In this document: positions 18,629 through 28,043 of the stretch, in pieces
Layout: the number at the start of each line of letters is the position of its first letter
Position numbering within the stretch: the first letter of the stretch is position 1
Virus record (IMG/VR): IMGVR_UViG_3300023174_003623
Span: 1 to 64,000 of that record
Strand: one strand, 5' to 3'
From: a virus
Length of the DNA stretch: 64,000 nt
Translations under genes and position numbers: made by a program
The notes under the pieces: generated by a model
What the model was told of the DNA's origin: nothing
Database searches by the model: none
The model's input: the letters and a program-made list of their open reading frames with translations, nothing else

Positions 18629-19068
18629 CATTTCTTATTGATTCTATTAAAATAGTATTAGCAAATAATTTTGCACTTTATCTAAAAGCACATTATTTTC
18701 ATTGGAATGTTGAAGGTCCAGACTTTGCACAAATGCATGGGTTTTTTGAAGATTTATATACCGATTTTTATAGTGCAATAGATCATTTTGCAGAAGAGAT
18801 AAGATCTTTGGATGCATATGCTCCGGGATCTTTTGAACGCTATATTGAACTTTCTGAAATTAAAGGTGAAGAAAACATTTTATCTGCGGTAGACATGTTA
18901 AAATCATTGCAAGCAGATAATCAAACAATGATTAGATCTTTATTACATGCATATTCATTAGCAGAAAATGATAAAGAACTCGGCCTTTCAAATTTTATTC
19001 AAGATAGAATTGACCAACATAAAAAACATGCTTGGATGATCAGATCATTTCTTAAGGGAAGAACATGA
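18625..19068 (+). CDS. dps: Dps / ferritin-like DNA protection protein
   Basis: HYFHWNVEG..F...H..FE, D.FAE.IR, H.KH.WM motifs. Confidence 0.9.
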   Translation: MTFLIDSIKIVLANNFALYLKAHYFHWNVEGPDFAQMHGFFEDLYTDFYSAIDHFAEEIRSLDAYAPGSFERYIELSEIKGEENILSAVDMLKSLQADNQTMIRSLLHAYSLAENDKELGLSNFIQDRIDQHKKHAWMIRSFLKGRT

Positions 19069-19691
19069 AAGATTATACATCTTTAGAGAACACTATTAGA
19101 AAAATGTCAAAAACCGTTCCAATGCTATCAGATGTGGAATGGAGATATTCTCGTTTATGCTCCACCATACGGAATATGTATGAACAGAAAAAGATTGAAA
19201 AAGACCAAAACGATCAAATAGGTGTTGGTTCATACATGACTAAACATTTTGAAATGAACCCTAAAGCTCAACTATTATATACAGATTTACCTAAAAATAC
19301 TAATCCAACTGCTGCTGAAAATGCAGCTATAAATCAAGATAAACTTTTTGCTATGGAGAAGGAAATTTTAGCAAAAGGTGAAGCTACTCCACAGGAATTG
19401 ACTCGCGCTAATGAATTAAAAGATTTAATAATGCATTTTGCAAAACAAATGAATTTAGAAAAAGAACATAGTTATCTAGATAAAAATATACAAAAAATTC
19501 AATCACTTGTAAAGAACGATTCTAATCAAGTTTCACCTAATGATATAGAAGCAACAATAGCTAAAAGATTTAAAAGTCCTCCAGCTAGAAGTACCCCAGA
19601 ACCAAAAGATATGGACATAGATTCTTCCAAGTTTCTTATTCGTAGAGATATGAAGGGTCAACGTAAATTAAAGATCATAGACGGAGATTAA
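19065..19691 (+). CDS. Hypothetical protein
   Basis: 208-aa ORF in operon. Confidence 0.7.
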   Translation: MKDYTSLENTIRKMSKTVPMLSDVEWRYSRLCSTIRNMYEQKKIEKDQNDQIGVGSYMTKHFEMNPKAQLLYTDLPKNTNPTAAENAAINQDKLFAMEKEILAKGEATPQELTRANELKDLIMHFAKQMNLEKEHSYLDKNIQKIQSLVKNDSNQVSPNDIEATIAKRFKSPPARSTPEPKDMDIDSSKFLIRRDMKGQRKLKIIDGD

Positions 19692-19692
19692 C

Positions 19693-20133
19693 ATGTCTAA
19701 ATTAAAAAATACTTATGGATTTTCTGATGAAATATTAAAGACTATACAAGATATCCATGTAAATGAAGCATCTTTATCTCCTAAGCAAAAAAAAATTGCT
19801 CAGTTAGCTGGAAATCCTGAAAAAATTGAAGCTGAAGATTTAACAAAACTTCGTACTAAACATAAGCATAAACATAAGCATAAACCGGTTCAAGAAGCTC
19901 GTACTGCCCTTGATAAGACATATCCTTATGGTGCAAATGATATGGCAACACTTGCGGTTCAAATAAGAGCTTTATTGAATTTTCTTTCTAGATCTGGTGT
20001 GCTTAAAAAAGCTATGCGAGAACATACAGAATTGGTGGAGGTTTATATTGGACAAGAAGTTACTGAAGATGATGTAAAAGCTATGAATAATCTTTTAACT
20101 ACAATTATAGAAGAGCTTCAACAGGTAAAATAG
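19693..20133 (+). CDS. Hypothetical protein with LSPKQKKIA motif and (KH)n tract
   Basis: 146-aa ORF; SD ggag. Confidence 0.7.
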   Translation: MSKLKNTYGFSDEILKTIQDIHVNEASLSPKQKKIAQLAGNPEKIEAEDLTKLRTKHKHKHKHKPVQEARTALDKTYPYGANDMATLAVQIRALLNFLSRSGVLKKAMREHTELVEVYIGQEVTEDDVKAMNNLLTTIIEELQQVK

Positions 20134-20142
20134 GTTTAAAAA

Positions 20143-20355
20143 ATGCCTATAAATGCAAATACTATAATTGTAACTGGAAAAAATATTTCGATAAATGACT
20201 CTATACAGAATGACGGCAAATCATTTTCAGAACTACGGCAAATGGCAGAGACATTATCAGATATTAATAAAAGAAAACAGATTAAAATAGAAAATAGCAT
20301 AAATAGTAAGAAAACTTCTAGATATTTAGAAGATCTTATCAAAAAAGGAGACTAA
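20143..20355 (+). CDS. Hypothetical protein
   Basis: 70-aa ORF in operon. Confidence 0.55.
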   Translation: MPINANTIIVTGKNISINDSIQNDGKSFSELRQMAETLSDINKRKQIKIENSINSKKTSRYLEDLIKKGD

Positions 20356-20356
20356 A

Positions 20357-21163
20357 ATGTCACTCTGGAAAAACGACGATTCTGCTGCAAATTCAGTTTT
20401 AACAGCGGTTGCCTCATATAATGTTACAGCCAATTCTGTAACTCGTGGTCAATTTTTTGGTAATGTAACACCTGATGTATATGTTCGCGATGAAACAGTA
20501 GGCTTGTTTGGTGTAGATACTACTGAAATGAACGTATCAAACGGCGCATTAGTATCGTTCACTATTACGTTTCCCGGTTCAGGATATAGTGCTAATGCTA
20601 CTGTTACTGTTTCTGGAACTGGTACAGCAAACGCAAGGGCTTTAGCTAATGGTAGAATTGGTAATGTTAATGTTGTACTTGTTGGAAGTAATTATGTTAC
20701 TAAACCTACTGTAACAGTTGCTAATCCAACCGGACAAGCATTTAATGCATCATTAGTAAATGCTCCTAATGATTTTATTCCATATTCTCCTAATGTATTT
20801 GCAAATAGTGATGTAGTAACTTATCTAGTTGCTGCTGGTAATACTTCATTAACTAATCTAGCTAATAGCGGTGTTTATTTCATTACCGCAGCTAATGCTA
20901 CCGGTGTAAAACTTTCTAGCACACTTAATGGGCCTGTTATTGATTTAACGGCAGGTGTTAATGAAACTGGACACACTTTAACTGGGCAGGCTGCTAGGGC
21001 TGAAGCTGTAATTAGTGGTGTTGCTGGAAAAGGATTTCATGCTGGATGGGTAGTGCGTACAGTAGGTTCAGGTGGTCGTGCTGGTCGTATTCAATATGAA
21101 ACCCTTGTAGCTATGGGTTCAATGACTGGTGATGCTGAAAATACCATATTTAAGAATAGTTAA
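20357..21163 (+). CDS. Probable virion structural protein
   Basis: MSLW...HAGWV....G.GGRAGR...ETLVAM pattern; contains a beta module shared with gp7. Confidence 0.65.
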   Translation: MSLWKNDDSAANSVLTAVASYNVTANSVTRGQFFGNVTPDVYVRDETVGLFGVDTTEMNVSNGALVSFTITFPGSGYSANATVTVSGTGTANARALANGRIGNVNVVLVGSNYVTKPTVTVANPTGQAFNASLVNAPNDFIPYSPNVFANSDVVTYLVAAGNTSLTNLANSGVYFITAANATGVKLSSTLNGPVIDLTAGVNETGHTLTGQAARAEAVISGVAGKGFHAGWVVRTVGSGGRAGRIQYETLVAMGSMTGDAENTIFKNS

Positions 21164-21177
21164 TTGAGATAATTTAA

Positions 21178-23673
21178 ATGAGTGATCGTGCTAAAAAAAT
21201 AAGTGAATTGACTGCACTTACATCGGTGTCAGGGGATGATCTATTAATAATAGTAGATGATCCTTCTGGTACTGCTATCACAAAAAAAGTAACAGTAAAT
21301 ACTTTTTTATCTAATGTTTCTATAGGTAAAATTGTTGCAAATGGTGGTGTAGGGTCTGCCAATCAAATTTTATCTAGTAATGGTTCTGGAATTTATTGGA
21401 GCAGTGATTTAAATATCTCAACCATCAATGTAGCTAGTGGTGCGTTATATGCAAATAGCTCAGCAGTTTATGCCGCAAACATAATTGCTACTACGATCAA
21501 TGCATCAGCTAATATTAATACAACAACGCTATTTGCTAATGTATCTGCCGGATATGTTAATGTCGCTGGTCAAGTTAACACTTCAACATTATATGTTACT
21601 ACTAGTGCTAATGTTGGCACCTCATTCCTAGTTAATGCTACTGCTCTAGTTCATACTGGTTATGCTAATGTTGCAACAAGTGTCAACTCAGCTTTATTGA
21701 CGGTTGGTACATCATTTACAGCTAATAGCACATTAGTCAATGCTGCTGCAATTAATGTTATCAATCAAGTTAACACTGCAACATTATATGTTACTACTAG
21801 TGCTAATGTTGGTACTGCGTTCTCAGCTAACTCTACTGGAGCTTATCATACTGGCACCGTCAATGCGACCAGTCACACTGTTGGTTCTAATTTCATAGCC
21901 AACTCAACGGCTATTATCGGAACTGGGTTTGCTAACGTTACTACTAGTGTCAACTCTGCGCTATTAACGGTTGGTACTAATTTCATAGCTAACTCTACTG
22001 GAGCTTATCATACTGGCACCGTCAATGCTGCTAGTCATACAGTAGGAACAATAGGAACCAGCAATGGATTTATAGCTAATTCTACATACTTGTCTTTTGG
22101 TAATTCGGTATCAAATGCTACTATAACAGCAAATTCGTTATCTTTATCATCTGTTTTTTCTGTAAATAAGGTTGATACTTATAACAGATTATTAAGTATT
22201 CCTACAGCAAATACTAGTGAGTGGCAAGCCGCGACAGGGGGCGCTGCCCAGTTAAGAACTGGTACTTCAGGTAAACCTGCACCATTTGTAATACAAAATC
22301 ATATTTCAGATTTTACTACTGAAGCAACGTATAATGGACAAGTACAGACATATTTAGACCCAGTTGGGGTCATTGGCTGGAATATTACTGCCTTTGGCAA
22401 TCTTGGTGTTGTTGAACCCGGTATGCCCGGATTCGGTTTGGGAATGGAATATGACTATTATTCATCATCTTTAGCCGGTCAAGTTACTGAAACATATTTT
22501 ACTTTTATTACTGAACCTCTTCCAAAAAATGCATCTGCTGATGCAACAACATCTTTTAGATGTCTTGAATGGCAAAATATAATGGAAAAAGAAAAAAGTT
22601 TTACCATAACGGGCATTTCATCAACAGGCACTAATACGTCTATAGTAATTAACACTACTGGCACCCACCCAAATTATAGTATATTGAGTGTAGGTGAGAC
22701 TTTACATATTTCAGGTATTATTGGTACATATGGAACGGCATTAAATGGTAAAAAATTAAGGTTAATAGAAAGAACAGGAACTTTTGGCGGTAGTGTCACG
22801 CTTGTATGTGATTTTACCTCAAGCGGTACTTATACTTCTGGAGGAACTGTAACGTTCTATCCTCAAGGAAGAAATCCAACAAATATGAGGTTTCACGCCC
22901 CTTTGTTTCAATGGTTTACAGGCGATTTTAATGAAAATTATTTACAGAGAAAGCGTGATGATAGTGCAGATCTTTCTGTCAATAATAGAAGATTTGCACA
23001 ACTTACAAGAGGCGGTTTAACCTTGTATCAAGTTGAAAAAAATAGCCGAGTCGATCTAAATATAGGCGATCAAACCGCTCAAGAAGGAACTCCATTTACA
23101 TTTACCAACTGGGCTGGTGGCAGTATTTCTATTGGTCCAAACGGAGGATCAGCTAAAAACATAACAATAAAAAATGAAACTGTTGATTCCCAAGGTGTTC
23201 AAGGGTATTTAGAAGTTGCTAATAGACAATTATTTGATTTAAATTCTGGTATATATGGTTATCCTACTACCCCTACTATACGCATTCCCGGTGGTGTAGG
23301 AGATAGTGTAATAAAAGAGGTTGGAAATAGTAGATCACCAGCTCTCTGGGCGCATGCCGGTGACCTTCCAGCTGCTAATCCAGTTTTTATTGTAAGTCCC
23401 GGTTCATCTACAACACGCACCCCGAGTTCATCGACTCAAGGTGCTGATAGATATATCGTTAGATTTGACGCAAGAACTGCTGTATGGAACAGCAGTTCTC
23501 CGCCCCCAACACATAAAACGTATTTAACTAATGAAGGTTGGTGGTTTATCGGAAACAGTGTATCAACTCCGAGTATCAATCCTGTCGATGGAGGATACTT
23601 ATATGTTGATGCATCTGGAAATCTTATATTTAAGACAAAGCTTGGTAATGTAAGAACGGTAGCTGCTGTCTAA
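21178..23673 (+). CDS. Tail fibre / receptor-binding-like protein
   Basis: KKISELTAL..DD fibre-type N-terminus, A/N/S/T/V-rich internal repeats, GGYLYV C-terminus. Confidence 0.7.
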   Translation: MSDRAKKISELTALTSVSGDDLLIIVDDPSGTAITKKVTVNTFLSNVSIGKIVANGGVGSANQILSSNGSGIYWSSDLNISTINVASGALYANSSAVYAANIIATTINASANINTTTLFANVSAGYVNVAGQVNTSTLYVTTSANVGTSFLVNATALVHTGYANVATSVNSALLTVGTSFTANSTLVNAAAINVINQVNTATLYVTTSANVGTAFSANSTGAYHTGTVNATSHTVGSNFIANSTAIIGTGFANVTTSVNSALLTVGTNFIANSTGAYHTGTVNAASHTVGTIGTSNGFIANSTYLSFGNSVSNATITANSLSLSSVFSVNKVDTYNRLLSIPTANTSEWQAATGGAAQLRTGTSGKPAPFVIQNHISDFTTEATYNGQVQTYLDPVGVIGWNITAFGNLGVVEPGMPGFGLGMEYDYYSSSLAGQVTETYFTFITEPLPKNASADATTSFRCLEWQNIMEKEKSFTITGISSTGTNTSIVINTTGTHPNYSILSVGETLHISGIIGTYGTALNGKKLRLIERTGTFGGSVTLVCDFTSSGTYTSGGTVTFYPQGRNPTNMRFHAPLFQWFTGDFNENYLQRKRDDSADLSVNNRRFAQLTRGGLTLYQVEKNSRVDLNIGDQTAQEGTPFTFTNWAGGSISIGPNGGSAKNITIKNETVDSQGVQGYLEVANRQLFDLNSGIYGYPTTPTIRIPGGVGDSVIKEVGNSRSPALWAHAGDLPAANPVFIVSPGSSTTRTPSSSTQGADRYIVRFDARTAVWNSSSPPPTHKTYLTNEGWWFIGNSVSTPSINPVDGGYLYVDASGNLIFKTKLGNVRTVAAV

Positions 23674-23698
23674 TTTTAAATTAAATTGAGGAAATAAT

Positions 23699-23854
23699 AT
23701 GAAAATTGAATTATCAGAAAAACATTTAAATATAATTGCTGCAGGTTTAGGCGAATTGCCTGCTAAAATTAGTTACGAACTTATCACATATATAAAGCAA
23801 CAAATTGATCAATATAATCAAGAATCCGCTCAAACAAGCGATGATCAAGTATGA
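23699..23854 (+). CDS. Small protein (51 aa), possible fibre chaperone
   Basis: MKIELSEKHLNIIAAGLGELPAKIS..., SD gagga; directly follows the fibre gene. Confidence 0.6.
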   Translation: MKIELSEKHLNIIAAGLGELPAKISYELITYIKQQIDQYNQESAQTSDDQV

Positions 23855-24183
23855 ATATGCAAAACATAGAACTTACATTTAATTCACCTGTTATTACAGA
23901 AACAAATTCTCTATATTCAAATATAGTAAAACAAATTAAAACTGACGTAATAGTACGAATAGAAGATACAGAATATAAATTTCTTAGGTATTTTGATTTT
24001 GACACTGAGAATTTGCAAAATTTTATTCAATTTGAAAATTTAACTAAAGATATTGTTACAAATTGGATTTTTGAAAAATATGAAAATGAACTTTTACGGT
24101 TAAAAAATAATGCTGTAATTTCACATAACGAGTATAAAAATCCCAGCAAACCAGTTATAGAAATTAAGGATTTTAATTTTTAA
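23851..24183 (+). CDS. Hypothetical, fibre-associated protein
   Basis: FIQFENLTKD.V..W motif typical of genes next to fibres. Confidence 0.55.
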   Translation: MNMQNIELTFNSPVITETNSLYSNIVKQIKTDVIVRIEDTEYKFLRYFDFDTENLQNFIQFENLTKDIVTNWIFEKYENELLRLKNNAVISHNEYKNPSKPVIEIKDFNF

Positions 24184-24188
24184 TTTAA

Positions 24189-24578
24189 ATGAAATATGAA
24201 GATTTGAATAATACTAATTTTTTATTGTATGCAGCAAAACACTATGATAATCCTCAGTGTTTTGATACTAAAGAATTTTATGATGATTTAAAAAGATTCA
24301 AATATCTTAAAAGACTTTTTAATCGTTACAAAGAAACTGGTGAATTAAAAGAGAGATTAATTATAAATCATCTCCAAGTAATATATAATTTATTTGGAGT
24401 TGAGCCTTCCACTAGAATGTTATTTTTGGCTCTTAAAAAACATCATGACTGTCTCAAACCTTTTTTAGTTTTATTTAATACAATGCCTGAAATAGTATTT
24501 AATATTGAGGGTAACGATATAAGAAATAGTGATATTTCAATGGACCATAATATAGTAGAAATATTAAGGAAAATTTAA
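24189..24578 (+). CDS. Conserved T4-like phage hypothetical protein
   Basis: YAAKHYDNPQC..EF..DL.RF.Y.KRL...ERLI.NH motif. Confidence 0.75.
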   Translation: MKYEDLNNTNFLLYAAKHYDNPQCFDTKEFYDDLKRFKYLKRLFNRYKETGELKERLIINHLQVIYNLFGVEPSTRMLFLALKKHHDCLKPFLVLFNTMPEIVFNIEGNDIRNSDISMDHNIVEILRKI

Positions 24579-25420
24579 TGGGTATTACAAATTTTTATGA
24601 AGATTTAAGAAAATGGTTTGATAAAAATGACCCAGAAGGTGGATGGAAAAGAATCAATTCCAAAGGCGAAGCTATAGGTCCGTGTGCTAGAGAAAAGGGT
24701 GAACCAAAACCCAAATGCATGTCTAATGAAAAAAGAAAAAAATTAACTAAAAAACAAAGAGCTTCCGCAGTTGCAGCAAAAAGAAAGCACGATCCAAATC
24801 CAGAAAGAAAAGGTAAACCTATAAATGTTTCTAATTTTGGAAAAGGAAAAATAAGTGAGGATATTGTGCAAATAGATGAAAAAAACGAACCAACAAACCC
24901 TAAACTTTGGGCTAAAGCTAAATCTTTAGCTAGACAAAAATTTGATGTGTATCCTTCAGCATATGCGAACGGATGGGCTGCAAAATGGTATAAATCAAAA
25001 GGTGGAGGTTGGAAAAGTATAAGTGAAGAATATTTAAATGAACGTGGCGCAGATGCTAAAGGATTTTATAGATCTACTGAAAGTGGTGCTGGATTAACTA
25101 GAAAAGGTGCTAAACACTTTGGCATAAAAACAGCAGTAACCGGTAAAGTAAAACCCGGATCTAAGGCAGCAAAACGCAGAAAATCTTTTTGTGCTCGTAT
25201 GTCAGGTATGCCGGGGCCAATGAAAGATGAAAAGGGTAGACCAACAAGAAAGGCCGCTTCACTTAGAAGATGGAGATGTCGAGTAAGTGAAGAAGTTGCT
25301 ACAAATCATACTGGTTCAGAAACTTCAACAGATGCAAATACAGCACAATCAATGGGCAAACCAAAAGATACATTTAATATTATTAAAGGTATTCTTAAAA
25401 GAAGAATGACAAAAAAATAG
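24578..25420 (+). CDS. Basic multi-module protein, possible head-internal polyprotein
   Basis: Three K/R-rich modules (LRKWF..GPCAR; VYPSAYANGW; RRKSFCARM) separated by acidic linkers. Confidence 0.65.
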   Translation: MGITNFYEDLRKWFDKNDPEGGWKRINSKGEAIGPCAREKGEPKPKCMSNEKRKKLTKKQRASAVAAKRKHDPNPERKGKPINVSNFGKGKISEDIVQIDEKNEPTNPKLWAKAKSLARQKFDVYPSAYANGWAAKWYKSKGGGWKSISEEYLNERGADAKGFYRSTESGAGLTRKGAKHFGIKTAVTGKVKPGSKAAKRRKSFCARMSGMPGPMKDEKGRPTRKAASLRRWRCRVSEEVATNHTGSETSTDANTAQSMGKPKDTFNIIKGILKRRMTKK

Positions 25421-25421
25421 T

Positions 25422-25856
25422 ATGCAATTTAAAATTATGATTTTTTTGGCAATATTGACTTTTATAAGTGCGGTCGTTGCTGGTGCTTTTTTTTACTATA
25501 AAGATTCTCAAGCTACAATTGCTGATTTAAAACAACAAACGGAATCATTATCCGAAGCAGTTAATCATCAAAAAGAAACAATTGCTGTTATGGAAAATTC
25601 TATTAAACAGCAAAATGATATTCGTAAACAAATGATGAAAGATTTTGAATCTGCTAAAAAAGATGTTGAAAATTTACAAATAAAAATAGCATCTCATAGT
25701 TTAACACAAATAGCTAATGTAAAGTCTGGATTGTTACAGAAAAAGATAAACCAAGCCACTATTGATGTATTACGTTGTTTTGAAGTTGTAACCGGGGATC
25801 AAATACTACCAAATGAAAAAAATAATCAGTGTCCTAATCTTTTCATCAATCCTTAG
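25422..25856 (+). CDS. Inner-membrane spanin (Rz-like)
   Basis: N-terminal TM helix, coiled coil, C-terminal Cys; overlaps the lipoprotein gene. Confidence 0.7.
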   Translation: MQFKIMIFLAILTFISAVVAGAFFYYKDSQATIADLKQQTESLSEAVNHQKETIAVMENSIKQQNDIRKQMMKDFESAKKDVENLQIKIASHSLTQIANVKSGLLQKKINQATIDVLRCFEVVTGDQILPNEKNNQCPNLFINP

Positions 25857-26178
25857 TGGTTGTTCTTTATTTAAGACCAAATTAGAAGTTTCAAACGTAC
25901 CTATTGAAAAACCAGTCTTAGACATATCTTTACCTCAACCTGTAAAAATGAATCCAATTCAATGGATTGTTGTAACCGATAAAAATTATAATGAAGTTAT
26001 TAATTCATCTAAAAATTCTAATGGACTTGTTTTTTTAGTTGCATTAGATGAAAATAATTATAAAAATTTAGCATTAAATAACTCAAATGTCTTAAGATAT
26101 ATTCGTGAACAAAAATCAGTAATAGCAGCGTATAAAAAATACTATGCCAGTGAAAATAAGCCTCAAGAAGGTAAGTAA
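25813..26178 (+). CDS. Outer-membrane lipoprotein spanin (Rz1-like)
   Basis: MKK signal plus lipobox LSGC; overlaps the i-spanin 3' end. Confidence 0.7.
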   Translation: MKKIISVLIFSSILSGCSLFKTKLEVSNVPIEKPVLDISLPQPVKMNPIQWIVVTDKNYNEVINSSKNSNGLVFLVALDENNYKNLALNNSNVLRYIREQKSVIAAYKKYYASENKPQEGK

Positions 26179-26183
26179 CACTC

Positions 26184-26212
26184 TTTACACAATCTAATTT
26201 TTTGTGTATAAT
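26184..26212 (+). promoter_or_regulatory. sigma70-type promoter for primase
   Basis: TTTACA-17-TATAAT. Confidence 0.65.
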
Positions 26213-26243
26213 CCCTTCATACTCCTTCTGAAGAAAAAGAAAT

Positions 26244-27263
26244 ATGATGTGGATAGACCAGAAATATATTGGTTTAATTTCAAATAGACTTGATCGATTT
26301 CGTCAAAAAGATCAAGGATTATATAATTTTCGTTGTCCTTTATGTGGCGATTCAAAGAAAAATAAAACAAAAGCACGAGGGTGGTTCCTTAATAAGGATG
26401 GTAAATATCATTTTTATTGCCATAATTGTAGTGCTTCTATGACTTTTTCTAACTTTCTTAAATCAATTGATGTTATAATGCATCAAGAATATATGAAAGA
26501 TGTTTTTCTTGAAAAGAATTTTGTAAACCCTAAACCGATTACTAAATCAGATGTTACTAAAATTGAACGACCTAAGTATAGGTTTGAGTCACCCTTAAAA
26601 ACCTTAACAAAGGTGTCATCTCTTCCAGTAGATCACCCTGTTAAAAAATATGTAATGAGTCGTAAAATTCCTAGTAATGTTCAATATAAAATCTTCTTTT
26701 GTCCTAAATTTAAAGAATGGGTTAATTCATTTATTCCAAATAAATTTGTTGATATTGAAAAGGATGAACCTAGATTAATTATTCCTTTTATAGATCGTGA
26801 TAAAAATTTCTTTGGATGTCAAGGAAGAAGCTTAAATAAGTCATCTAGTGTTAGATATATAACAATACTCTCTGATGACAGTAAACCAAAAGTTTTTGGA
26901 CTTGATTCTGTTGATTTCAATAAAATGGTTTATATATTTGAAGGTCCAATAGATTCTATGTTTATTTCTAATTCTATTGCAATGTGCGGTTCAGATTTAT
27001 CTTCTGATTTTATTGTAGACAAAAACAAAAGTATTGTAGTTTTTGATAATGAACCTAGATCTCCACAAACTGTGAAAAAGATTGACAAGTATATAGAATT
27101 TGGGTATAAGGTATGCTTCTGGCCTGAAAAAATCAAAGGTAAAGATGTGAATGAAATGATTTTAAATGGTCACGATTCTGATGAAATTAAAATAACTATT
27201 GATAAAAATTCTTATTCTGGAATTGAAGCTAAGTTACAGTTACAAACGTGGAGAAAATGTTAA
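26244..27263 (+). CDS. 61: DNA primase (T4 gp61)
   Basis: NFRCPLCGDS, CHNC zinc finger, EGPIDS and DNEPR TOPRIM motifs. Confidence 0.95.
   Translation: MMWIDQKYIGLISNRLDRFRQKDQGLYNFRCPLCGDSKKNKTKARGWFLNKDGKYHFYCHNCSASMTFSNFLKSIDVIMHQEYMKDVFLEKNFVNPKPITKSDVTKIERPKYRFESPLKTLTKVSSLPVDHPVKKYVMSRKIPSNVQYKIFFCPKFKEWVNSFIPNKFVDIEKDEPRLIIPFIDRDKNFFGCQGRSLNKSSSVRYITILSDDSKPKVFGLDSVDFNKMVYIFEGPIDSMFISNSIAMCGSDLSSDFIVDKNKSIVVFDNEPRSPQTVKKIDKYIEFGYKVCFWPEKIKGKDVNEMILNGHDSDEIKITIDKNSYSGIEAKLQLQTWRKC
27082..27110 (+). promoter_or_regulatory. sigma70-type promoter inside primase, upstream of thyX-nrdAB
   Basis: TTGACA-17-TATAAG. Confidence 0.55.
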
Positions 27264-28030
27264 TGATTGATGAGCTTTCTATATATGTAAATAGACCCGT
27301 AAAACTTGTTAGTTATACTCGTGGTGATATTAATTACATGGTTGACAGTGGAATGATTGGTGTTGAAAGTAATGAAATTGAAGACGATCTTCAAGAAATG
27401 ATTGCTTTTTGTGCAAGGATTTCTAATCCTAATAATCAAAATAATAGAGCAAATTCTAATAAATTAATTAAATATTTAATTAAACATGCTCATTGGTCTC
27501 CTTTCGAAATGGTAAATGCTTGTATTGAAATTAATACTACTCGTGATATTGCTAGACAAATTTTGCGCCATAGAAGTTTTTCGTTTCAAGAATTTTCTCA
27601 ACGATATGCAGATCCTAAAGATCTTGGCTTTGAATATAAAGATGCTAGATTACAGGACACAGCCAATCGTCAGAATAGTGTTGAATTAAACTCAACACAA
27701 ATTGGTCATCGTGAATTGCAAAGTGCGTGGATTGAAAAACAACAAAATGTTATTCGTGCTGCTCGTGATGCTTATGAGTGGGCCATTATTAATGGAATAG
27801 CTAAAGAACAAGCAAGGGCGGTGTTACCAGAAGGATTGACTTGTTCTAAAATGTATGTAAATGGCACTTTAAGGTCTTGGATTCATTTTATTCAAGTTAG
27901 AACTGATCCTTCCACACAAAAAGAGCATAGAATTATTGCTGAACAATGTGCTCAAGAATTATCAAAAGTAATACCAATTATTACAGATTTTGTATATAAA
28001 CCACCTGTAAATGATTGGCTAGGATTATAG
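27263..28030 (+). CDS. thyX: FAD-dependent thymidylate synthase
   Basis: HWSPFE, RHRSFSFQEFSQRY and QAR.VLP motifs; start chosen at the ATG overlapping the primase stop. Confidence 0.95.
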   Translation: MIDELSIYVNRPVKLVSYTRGDINYMVDSGMIGVESNEIEDDLQEMIAFCARISNPNNQNNRANSNKLIKYLIKHAHWSPFEMVNACIEINTTRDIARQILRHRSFSFQEFSQRYADPKDLGFEYKDARLQDTANRQNSVELNSTQIGHRELQSAWIEKQQNVIRAARDAYEWAIINGIAKEQARAVLPEGLTCSKMYVNGTLRSWIHFIQVRTDPSTQKEHRIIAEQCAQELSKVIPIITDFVYKPPVNDWLGL

Positions 28031-28043
28031 AAAGAGAACAATT

